From assembly GCA_051362555.1 (NCBI GenBank), contig CM120644.1:1310954-1374953 (forward strand): a stretch of 64,000 nt of DNA, in the 5' to 3' direction. The stretch comes from Lingula anatina. Lineage: Eukaryota; Animalia; Brachiopoda. Within the stretch, counting starts at the first letter, position 1. The number at the start of each line of letters is the position of its first letter. Of the stretch, positions 52,802 to 64,000 are shown in pieces. The position numbers and the translations under genes were made by a program. Below the pieces are notes generated by a model. That model was not told the DNA's origin and searched no databases. It saw nothing but the letters and a program-made list of their open reading frames with translations.

Positions 52802-53306
52802 GTTTAATGTTGACATTTTGATTTTGTTATATTTTTTACTGTATCTTATTTTTCCTAGTACATGTATAATCTGGTTTCTCCAACTTGATTTTCGCAACAA
52901 CCGGTATATAGCGAGTAAAAAGTATAACGATTATTTATGACATTCAGTTCTACGAATTTTAAAGAAATTTTGATAGGGAAAGAAAATGTGCTTAAACGAC
53001 GCCTTACTTCAACTAAAATGCTGTCAGAGAAGAATACAATACCCAATGAAAATAACGAAAAGATATCTCTTGTCTGTCTTTTTGTCACAAAGTTGGCAAG
53101 TCACTTAAGTCAGGGCACGACAATAGATAAAATGTGATTGGAGTAAGATGGTAATACTTTGTTTATTGGAGGTACTATGGACGATAACAGACGTAACTGG
53201 GTTGGCGTCAATTATATGACATTGTGCTTGTTAGCTTCCAGGTGGTACGTGAATAGGATGGAAGAGGGTAGTAAAACTGTAGCTGCATTGAACGCCTCCA
53301 AAATCT

Positions 53307-53339
<33 letters not shown>

Positions 53340-54064
53340 GCACACACACACACACACACACATGGACGTAAAAACGCTCATTATTTTCAGCAAGAAAATA
53401 GCCTTTTGAAATACGATGCCTTATGTGTTCTTCAAACAAAAGGGACACTTTCTCCGTAGCCAAATACTGGACATACATGTATATTCATATATCATTATAT
53501 TATAACATATATGTGGAAAACAATTAGGCTCGTAGGTGCTTTTAGGACACTCTGCTCTACTCAGTCTGCTGGTGACCAGTTAATTAAAGGATTCCTCTAC
53601 GGAGAAGGACGATAGCCGCTTTCATTAGATTATGAACCCTCTCAAAACACAGAGAGATATATAGAGAGAGAGGGAAATAAAGGGGACTGACTTGCATTAC
53701 AAAATTTCCATTATTTCTTTAATGAATAGAATTTCAATGATTTTAGTCCCTGTAAAAATATGCATGTTATGCTAATTTAACGTCGCCTGTTGTCTCAGTA
53801 AGGGAAAAGGTGATGATCTTGTCTGCATATAATGTCACTGTGACTCATTAGAAAATCTCCTACGTATAACGAAGCTTCGTGTTAACATTACGCGTGCGGG
53901 CAGTACAGCAAATATAAATGTTATTTTTATTGCCAATGTTCTTATAATCATACGTACCACTTGGTAAGGCATTGATTTATAGCTTTATAACAAGCTAGCT
54001 AAAGTTTGTTAATACTAAGACAACGACGAAGTAGTGCACCTGCTGTTAAGCCTGGGCTAACATA

Positions 54065-55451
54065 CACACACTGGACAAAAGAAGTGTCACCCCTACTGAG
54101 CCAATACTATGGGGGAGATAAATGACTGTGGAATGATATGCTCCTGGTATCATTTTATTAACATCAAAATTCACAAAAAATCACAAAATGAGAACAAAAT
54201 ATACATTCTACCAAAATATGCAGTTTCAAGTCCAAAATTAGTACTTAGTGGCATAGCCACTTGACCTAATAATAGGTGCCAGTCTACGAGGCAAGGATTC
54301 ATATAATTGTCTGTTGCGTTCAGGGCTTATGCTGGCCCAAGCATGAAACACTGAATATAACAGAGTTTCTCTGCTGGTTACACGGGCATTTGTCAAAAGT
54401 TTTGACATATCATTCCACACATTTTCTATTATTTTTGCTTCCGGACTCTGGGCAGGCCACATCACCCTGCGAATGCCCTGTTGGTCAAACCAATCATCAA
54501 CTGCTCTGGGCCTGTGACAAGGAGCATTGTCATCCTGGTGAACAAATGGATAATTCGTGTCACCAAACATGTTAGTAATAGATGGTAGCAAGCCTGACTC
54601 CAAAACATCGATATATTTCTAGTGATTCATGTTTTCATCAACCACAATCAATTCGCCCACGCCATGGATGCTGATGCAGCCCCACACCATGATGAATATG
54701 CTGCTCCGGGTTCGAAAATTCAGTACATGTGGTTCAAATGCTTTACCAGCAGTTCGCCAGCATCGTACCCGTCTGTCATCAGAGGTCAGACCAAAGCGAC
54801 ACTCATCAGAAAAAAATATATAGGACCAATTGTCATGGGCTGTCCAGTTCCAGATCCTGTTGACCCTAGTTCACTCTACGTTGCCTGTTTTGTAACGATA
54901 TAAGAGGTTTCAGTCTTGCTACCCTGCTGTACTCTCTATGAGCATGTAACCGACGCCTAGCAATTTTCACAGACACATTCTTATTTGTGAAATTTTTCCA
55001 CTGTGTTGTCAACTGTCAAGCAGTGTCGAACTTTGACAACCTGGACATCAAAATCAGTCGTCGGTCTTCACGGCCAGTAGTTTTTCTTGGACGACCCATC
55101 AGAGGCAATTTGTCTCTTGATCCAGTGTTTCTATACCGAGACCAGACCCCCTGCACGGTTCTGACTAAACAATTCAATTGTATCGATATACTGACATTGC
55201 TTATATTCCGCCTCTTCAGGTTAATAACTTGCACCTATAACCGTTAGATAATTGCCTGTATCTTGCCATATTGGAGGAAGACAGGAATAACATTTGCTGT
55301 ACATTTACAAGACCAACAATACAATCCCATGGTACAGCGGTTTTATACTCATTAGTCACATTATAAGTAGACCAGGCATTATATTTACCCAAGATCTGCC
55401 TACTTTTATTACTCTGAGTTAGGGGGTGACACTTCTTTTGTCCAGTGTGTG
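54065..55451 (-). mobile_element. Tc1-like transposon with frameshifted DDE transposase (ATG ~55269 to stop 54238)
   Basis: 29-bp TIR CACACACTGGACAAAAGAAGTGTCACCCC and TA TSD (54063-54064, 55452-55453). Motifs GRPRKTT, FSDECRF, QDDNAPCH and WPAQSPEAKIIENVW. Empty site ctaacatatatgg at ~18678-18690. Confidence 0.95.
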
Positions 55452-56104
55452 TATATGGAATCCAAAATGAGAGAGAGAGAGAGAGAGAGATCATTTAGTA
55501 AAATTGAAAGTAATACACGATACCAAAATTATTAAAAGCAGGGCATCGTTATGAGTAAAAATATTAAAAAAAATATTTGAAGGATAATTTCATCACGCCC
55601 AGTCCTGCAGCTAGACACTACTATTAACGTACACAAGACCCCATTAAGACGGTATACAAGAATAAATTAATTGAAAACAAAATTATTGAAAAAGATGAAG
55701 AATAATCGGATAATGGCAAGTTAATTTAACATTCATTTTATGTTAATGAGCAACAGTATGTTTGTGTGAGAGAGAGAGAGAGAGAGTGAGAGAGAGGGAT
55801 TCGGAAGGCACGCGCACTAACAATATTTGTCAGATTCACGGAACAGTATGCCTTGTGGCTTATAAGTGCGTTATGGCCGCGACCTTCACATCCATTATTT
55901 AGCAGTGACATGTAATTTACTGGTCTTTTCTACATACTAAAGACACTTCTAATAAAACCAAACACAGGTAAAATGCAAGATCATAACATGTTGTTACTAC
56001 CGTGAGGCTCAAATTATTATTTTTTAAAAAATATGTTTCATCTTTACTGAATTTGATAAGCACAAGCATTAACAAATCAAGGGAATTATTTTGGCCGATC
56101 TGAC

Positions 56105-56285
56105 GATCTGACGATACTTTTGAACCAAAGTGTTAATGTATTCCACGAGTATCCTATTTAGCCATCCCTACCTTAACAAGTACCGGTATCTTAAAGCAAA
56201 ATATTCGGTTCCAAAATGTAATAATCATGCATTCGTTTTGTGTTTTGGGTCGTTATAAAATAGCTACCTTGGTTTAGTGTTGAAA
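56105..56285 (+). promoter_or_regulatory. Orphan subfamily B promoter copy (TATAAAA 56254-56260)
   Basis: Near-identical to 8100-8280. Confidence 0.7.
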
Positions 56286-56464
56286 GGCTTATGTGCATTG
56301 CAAATATTTTTGTTACAAAGATTGGCGTACTTTTAACAATGTTACTGTCTCGATTGTGCAATTTAAACTAATCGAATCCTTGGGTTCAATTTGTATCGCA
56401 ACAATAACAGAAATAAAAAAAACAACATCATGGGGCACCAAACACTACCGTGTCGTTTTGAAAC

Positions 56465-56990
56465 CATTGCTTCTGAGTACACCAGTCACAATCTATTACC
56501 AAATATTACCCACATTGCTTCCGAGCACACCAGTCACAATCTATTACCAAATACTACCCACATTGCTTTCGAGCACACCAGTCACAATCTATTACCAAAT
56601 ACTACCCACATTGCTTTCGAGCACACCAGTCACAATCTATTACCAAATACTACCCACATTGCTTTCGAGCACACCAGTCACAATCTATTACCAAATACTA
56701 CCCACATTGCTTTCGAGCACACCAGTCACAATCTATTACCAAATACTACCCACATTGCTTTCGAGCACACCAGTCACAATCTATTACCAAATACTACCCA
56801 CATTGCTTTCGAGCACACCAGTCACAATCTATTACCAAATATTACCCACATTGCTTTCGAGCACACCAGTCACAATCTATTACCAAATATTACCCACATT
56901 GCTTCCGAGCACACCAGTCACAATCTATTACCAAATACTACCCACATTGCTTCCGAGCACACCAGCCACAATCTATTACCAAATACTACC
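56465..56990. repeat. 48-bp minisatellite, ~11 units
   Basis: Same unit as 8459-8889. Confidence 0.95.
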
Positions 56991-58841
56991 ATGCGTGTTT
57001 ATAAAGAGTATCAGGCATGCTCTTGGCACTTTCTTTGTATGACACTGATGATTATGTTATAGTAAACAATGTCAAAATACATAACTAGATAACCACTCAG
57101 AGAACTAACGCAGACCTACGCAAATGAAACGGCATAAAAGTATATTCTTTTTATTGTTATTTGGAGGAAACTTCGGGTGTTTTATTGTGATTGGTAGGTT
57201 TTCAATACAACATGTAAAGTTTACTTTCTTCAGATAATCTTGTAAGAAAGTATATATAGTCAATTGCAAAGGCATACACTGTGTCGTCCTTGTCGTAGGT
57301 CATAATGATCCGTGATATTGGTGCCATTATTAATTAACCGTCAGTTTGAATAATGCTTTGTCTTCTAAGAAATACATTTAGTCGTGGTGTCTTCTGGTAA
57401 TTAAATAATTAATTCATACATGATCTCTTAACGTGCTCGTACTATCGTTAAAATATAACTTTCTTTTAACTTTTACAAGCACTCAGAATAAAATCAGTTA
57501 AGGTGATTTTTTAATAAAAACACATTCGAGTGTCTCTGTATTTCACCAGGCCATGGCAAAACTTAGAAGCTTGATATTTCAGTTAAGAAAAATAAGCCTA
57601 TTCTGTTTTACATACATTTGTATGTAAATATACAAGGCCTTCAGTGGGTCTCTTTGATGCCAAAACAATTATTTATAGAGTCCTTATTTCAAAAACTCTG
57701 GCATTTACAATGTGTACTTCAAAGAGGGAGGTTCTGTTTCTGATGAGGAACGTTGCCACGAGAAAAGGGCCCACGCTGACATGGCATGTGTTGGCATATT
57801 TTAAATAAATAGTATACAACAGTTCTGTTGACGAAAGTGGTTGCCTAAAGTGGTTGTCAATTAAACCTTATGAAACCCCTGTTTTTTGTCATTGGCATCA
57901 ACATGTCTTTAAAACACGGCTGAACCATGTTGCAGATACATGTTTAATCGCGAGATATGCAAAAGAAACAACAGACACGATGATGACACATTTCTGTGGA
58001 TTTCGATGATGAGCTTATAAATATGATCCCTGTATATGTGACCTTTTAAATAAAGATTCTCTTTTAAAAAAACGCTTATAATTCCCATGGACATTTACAA
58101 TTTATATTGGTTAAAAAAGATTAAAAACAAAATGACATCTTCATCACATATTTTATTGCATAAGCGTTGAAAAAGTTCATACATGTAATACAGAACATGT
58201 TTCCAAATTGCACCGGTCTATTTATGGGCAAAAGCAGTAAAGATATTTAGAATGATATGAGCAAGGATCTGTTTGGTATGGGTCACGTGGTTGATGTCGT
58301 CATATCCGGCTGTGCACACTGCAGAATAAAGGTTATGCGCAGCATCAGTTTCTGTAATATAAAAAAATGATTGATAATGTCATTTAGACACGGTACGGGT
58401 CACGGTTGCTATTAAAAACGGACCAATGCATGACTTAATGAATAGACAATTGTCTAAAGTCTCTTCCTTCAGATCAATACAGTTCAATGCTTTTAACCCT
58501 TTGTTGTACTTATTGGCGGAGACTATCAAGACTGAAAAAGGAGGCTGTGTCGACACCTGTCAACTTGGAGCTTTTACAAGATTGGTGGAACACATTTGGA
58601 CCTTGACTCGAGCACAATTCAGATAAATGATACAGAATAGGTCGGTTCGGTTTTAACAATTGAACGACCAAGTTATGTCATATTTACAGATTGTTAATTA
58701 AAACTCGTTTATCATCCTTTTTTATTTTCTGACTAGTTTTAACTAGCCATTAGGAAACATGTAGTAAGCTGAAGTTTACATGTATTAAGCTGAATTATAC
58801 AATCGCGAACAAACTGTAAAATAAGATAGTAAAACGAAATC

Positions 58842-59574
58842 TTACCACAAAAATCCCCATGGGGTAATTGATCCCTTCTTTCCTCCGTATTGAGGCTTTC
58901 CGTATCCAGCACCTTTGTATCCATAGCCTACATATCCGTACCCTTGGTCATTATTCATGTAGCTGCTGTAGCCATTTCCATATCCGCCGGGTTGATATCC
59001 ATAGTGAGTCCTTTAACAAAATAAAAAAGACATATAACTTATCAATTTCATTGGGATAAAACTATCAATATCAAAGAAGAAAACGTCGCCTGTCAGTCTG
59101 CCAGTCTTCAGTGGCACTCCGCTTATTAGACGTGCAGTAAAGGCTTTCTCTATAAAATGATCATTTCTTCGCTTGTTTTGTCTCGATTCTCGAGCACTGA
59201 ACAACATGAAACCACAACAGTAACTTGGTTCTAAACAAAGGTTAGCTAGGCAATTTCTACAGCCATATATTAAAAGAAAACAGACTGTCCGGATCAACCC
59301 CTTTTTAAATTCCAATTGCACTGTTAGATGAATTGAATGTTAATAAGATTAAATCACGAAACAAACAATGATACCGTAGTAAACCTCTTTCTCTCTCTCA
59401 CTCTCTCTCTGTCACACACACACACACATACACACACACATACACACATACACGCATACACACGTACACATACTAACACACACACATACACGCACACACA
59501 CACTAACACCCACACACCCACACACACATACACGCACACACACACACACTAACACACACACACGCATACACAAC

Positions 59575-59608
<34 letters not shown>

Positions 59609-59680
59609 TTTACTCCCAGAGTCCCAATAATTGGCGGCTGTCACGGCCACGAGAGCAGCGAGTAGAATCAGCTTCATCAT
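58842..59680 (-). CDS. Secreted Gly/Tyr-rich peptide A5, 80 aa; exons 59680-59607 and 59010-58842
   Basis: TATAAAAA 59782-59775; AATAAA 58726-58721. Product: MMKLILLAALVAVTAANYWDSGSKRTHYGYQPGGYGNGYSSYMNNDQGYGYVGYGYKGAGYGKPQYGGKKGSITPWGFLW*. Confidence 0.9.
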
Positions 59681-60535
59681 CTTGGCGGAAAAAGAACTGT
59701 CGTCTGCTAACTGTTGAAGAGTGACTTGGAGCTTGATTAAAGTCGAAGTCTGTCAAAACTGGACCAAGTCAATCTTTTTATACCGCCCTGAAGCACAAAA
59801 CGGTTTGGTACTTATTATATTTGCAAGCCAGTATTTTGCCTTAAGCTATTTGTGACAAATGTCTGGATGTTAATTAGATATAAGACACATACGGAATAAT
59901 CATGTTCGCAACCCATAATCAAACTGCCGAATTTAATTATCCCTATTTTTAAGCAGTCAGTGCTTATTACAATGGAAAAAATCAAGAGAGAAATGAAGAC
60001 TAAGATAGAAACATGCCAAAATTGCTCTTAGCAGTTATGCTTTACTCCTTTTTCGTTATTGTAAAATACGGCAATCAAAAATTTAATTTAAAAGTAATAT
60101 TTTGTCGGTCTTTAAATTATGACAGAGTTGATAAAGAGTTGATAAAGTTGATAAATTAAAGTAATGATGTTTTAAACTCAGAACCATGTAACAAACCCGC
60201 GTATCCATGACATTCATCTAGCAAATGATAAACCGCAATTTCTGCCGATAGATGAATAATACCAATAATGGAAATCGAGAAAAACACCAATTTGTCTCCT
60301 CGTTACAACGATGGCAAGACTATATTATTAATTCTGGTGAGAAGTTACAACAGGTTAGGACACTATATTTTACTACCTTTTCATTAGATAAAAATTCCCT
60401 GCCTCGGGTGGATTTAAAAGAACTTTTATGTTACAGACTTACATAACAGGGTTGGTGCCAATAAGATGTGCATGTCTGCTTTAAGGCATACTAGTACCTG
60501 AACTTGATGGGTAAGTGTGGTGACTTCAATCAGTC

Positions 60536-60566
<31 letters not shown>

Positions 60567-61282
60567 CTCACATACACATACAAACACACACACACACTCA
60601 CACTTAGATAAGACACCATCGGCAAGAAATATAATTTTTCAAGAGATCGGTAAACTTTCTGAAATCTTCATACATGTCTTAAAATGCAAAGAGACCTCCG
60701 AAATCCCCACTTAAGTCACCGCTGCATACCTTAGTTGTCCTTCTACGAATTCTAAAGAAATTTGAGAAGGAAACAAAATGTGTCCAGACGCCGCGTTACT
60801 TAATTGTTACAAGAAAAGGAGACTTCCAATAACATACTGTCAAAGAAGAAGCAGTTGAGTGGTAATTTCCCATAGGTCTCAGAAAAGAGACTATTTTACT
60901 TTATCAAACACATCTACATGTTTTTTCATAAGCAACTGATAGTAACGAACCTGTGTATTCATTTCAAGAAGCTAATGAACTTGATGTATGCTGCTTAATC
61001 AACAATACCCAATGAAAATTACGAAAAAAATAACTTGTCTGTCTTCTCATTACATAGGTTGCAAGTCATTCAGGTCAGAGAACAACACATTTTACGAGTT
61101 TTCCATTAGATAAAAAGTGCTTGGGGTAAACTGAAAAGACTTTGTTTATTGCAGCACTACAATTTATGGCAGACGATAGGCGTAACCGGGTTGGCATCAA
61201 TTATATGTAATTGTAAGCTTCAAGGCGGTACGTGAATTGGATGGAAAAGATTGGTACAAATGTAGTTCAAGCGGACGCCTCC

Positions 61283-61325
<43 letters not shown>

Positions 61326-62071
61326 TACAAACACGCACACACACACAGGGACGTATAAAAAAGTTCATATTGTCAGGAATGTTTTTTTAATGCAGTGTAT
61401 TATGCAATCCTCATTCCAAGCATATGAGATAAAAATAAAACCAAAAAACAAAAGGGACATTTTTATAGCCGATACTTTATTCCCATATGTGTGAAAGATG
61501 GGCTGGTATGCGATTTAGGTTCATTCACCTCTACTAGTTTATTAAATCATTGCCTATGTGGAAATGGAACATAGCCGCATTTATTTGATAATGAAGTATC
61601 GAAAACACACAAAAACACGCACTGAGAGAGAGAGTGTGTGTGTTTGTGCGTTTGGGAGAGAGAGAGAGAGAGAGAGAGGGAGGTAGGGAGGGAGGGGAGA
61701 GAAAGAGGATTGACTTGCATGTGTTATAACAATTCCATCATCACAAAAATTAGGTGGAAAAACGTTTCTATCTTCAGTTGTATAAAATGCATTAACAGTT
61801 ATTCTTAATTAGCAGAGTCTTTAATGCATGCTGTGCTTTAATTTGACTAGGTGGCAAGTCACTCAGGTCAGGACACTTTTACGAGTGTTCCATTAGATAA
61901 AAAGTGCTTGGGGTAAACTTAAAAGACTTTGTTTATTGCAGCACTACAATTTATGACAGATGATAGGCGTAACCGTGTTGGCATCAATTATATGTTATTG
62001 GAAGCTTCAAGGCGGTAAATGAATTGGATGGGAAATTGGTACAAATGTAGTTGAGCCGAACGCTTCCGAAA

Positions 62072-62123
<52 letters not shown>

Positions 62124-63866
62124 TAGGAGGGGAAAAAACGCCCATATTGTCAGGAAGGAATTTTTTAATGCAGTTAATGCAGTGTATTATGCAATCCTCA
62201 TTCCAAGCATATAAGATGTAAATAAACCAAACAAAACAATGGGACATTTTCTTCATAGCCACATACTAAAGTAAGCTCGATACATGCAAACTTTAATTCA
62301 TTCATGATAGTTTATTCCCATGTGTGTAAAATATTGGGCTGGTACAAATGTATGCAATTTAGATACGTTCACCTCAACTAGTTTATTAAAGCATTGCCTA
62401 TGTGGAGATGGAACATAGCCGCATTTATTTGATAATGAACTCTCGCAAAACCCGCAAAAACACACACTGAGAGAGTGTCTATCTTCAGGTGTATACATTG
62501 TATTAACACTTATTTTTAATTAGCAGATTCAAGGCGTTCTATGCTTTACTTTGACTGAGGCGTTATTTAACGACTCTCCCCTCCTTCAAGATGGGTCCAG
62601 CGCTCCCGCTGACTACACGTGAATTGGGCGTCCGCCAGTAGTCATTCTTTCATGAATTGAATCACTGGGAGCGCTGGACTATGTGTACAACTTTTTTCCA
62701 TCTGATTAATGTACCACTTTGAAGCTTACAAGTACATATGACGCGAACCCGATTATGTCCATTATAGCCATCAAAGTGTTTTCATTGTACCCCAGACGCT
62801 TCTTATCTAATGAAACACCCGTAAATATGTCTTGCCCTCACCTGTCGTAACTTCTGAATCAATGAGTGACTTGCCAACTTTGTGATGGGCAGACAAACTG
62901 GTGACATTTTTTTAGAGTTTTTCATTTGGTGTACAGGTAGTTAATTTAACAGCCTTAGTAGATAAGTAGGTATTTTGGAGGTTTCCTTGCATTTGAATGA
63001 GAGCTTCAGAGAGCTACCTTAGGTTCTAGATTCCAGTATTGTCAGCTCGATCTTGATTTCATATGTAACCCATATCAGAAATACTGACTCTAGCCACTAC
63101 CGACAGATTGGGGGGGGGGTCGGCAAAATTTTGCCTGGGGCGCTTTCATATTTGGAAGTCACATGTCTCGTACGTCACAGATATGCCCCGCCTGGAGCTG
63201 CCTTCCCCGCCTTGAGCTGACGTCATATCTTGCAGACGAGACAAAGAAGCAAAGTGGCTGACGTGGAGTTTGAAGTTTGAACTGAGATATCTTGCATTCT
63301 TAAATCAGTGCCACAACAAAAGCACCCTTCTGCTTTAAAAACTGATTTTGGGTACAGCCACTGCGTATTCCTTATAGTGGTTTCGGACATACAGTGTACA
63401 GTAGCTGTCAAACTTTGCACACGGCAAGCATGTCTATTGTGTTTATATCTTCAGGAGCAAATGTTTTTTGATAAGCAAAACAATACCACAACATCTAGTG
63501 TCTCATTTTCTTCTAAAAAAAAGATATTATTAATTTTTCAATTCAAATCTTAAATACAGTAAATAAAATTAAATAAAAGAAAATTAAACATGCTTTACGT
63601 TTGATTTTAGACTTATGACATTCAAATGCAGATTCACTGCGGAGTAATTCCTTTAACTGACGGTACTCGAAATTACCGCTGTTCGTCAGGACCACTATAA
63701 AGCTCCCGATGCAAAGGTGTGAATTGAGCAAGCAAGCTTTTTAGTACCCTGACAATCAGGCACAGAAAGCTCATCCATCTGTTGAAAAATTATATTCCTC
63801 GCCGATGATTTGGACGGCATGTCTTATCTGAGTGTATGTATGTGTATAAGAGAGAAAGAGATAAAT

Positions 63867-63913
<47 letters not shown>

Positions 63914-64000
63914 AGATTCTACACTTGTCCATCAGATTCAGGTACCAGTTTACCTTAAAGCTGAAACGCACATTTTACTGTCACCAACCCCAGGCCTACC

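Larger units (their letters stand above)
45067..62540 (+). repeat. Segmental duplicate of ~8890-26190 (offset ~35.4-36.9 kb)
   Basis: Same order of A gene, spacer, B pseudogene with the same intronic transposon, orphan promoter, minisatellite, A gene and spacer. High identity by eye. Confidence 0.85.

Overview
AT-rich animal genomic DNA with spliceosomal introns and many (CT)n/(CA)n microsatellites. The repeat content suggests a mollusc or other lophotrochozoan; this is an inference. The ORF track mostly misses the main content, which is a tandem, partly inverted cluster (about 4-64 kb) of small two-exon genes for secreted, Cys-free, Gly/Tyr-rich peptides. Each has a TATA box, a 74-77 nt signal-peptide exon, a phase-2 intron and a Gly/Tyr-rich exon. 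I can assemble six intact genes: five minus-strand subfamily A (78-94 aa) and one plus-strand subfamily B (82 aa). There are also five pseudogenes and four orphan promoter copies that point into a 48-bp minisatellite. The cluster was built by inverted (fold-back) duplication, ~11 kb tandem duplication and a ~36 kb-offset segmental duplication. It contains insertions datable against empty paralogous sites: a Tc1 element, an L2-type LINE fragment, a TAG-ended TIR element (two copies) and MITEs. The first 4 kb is nested transposon debris that includes a minimal hammerhead-ribozyme motif. No database searches were run, so family assignments are inferences.
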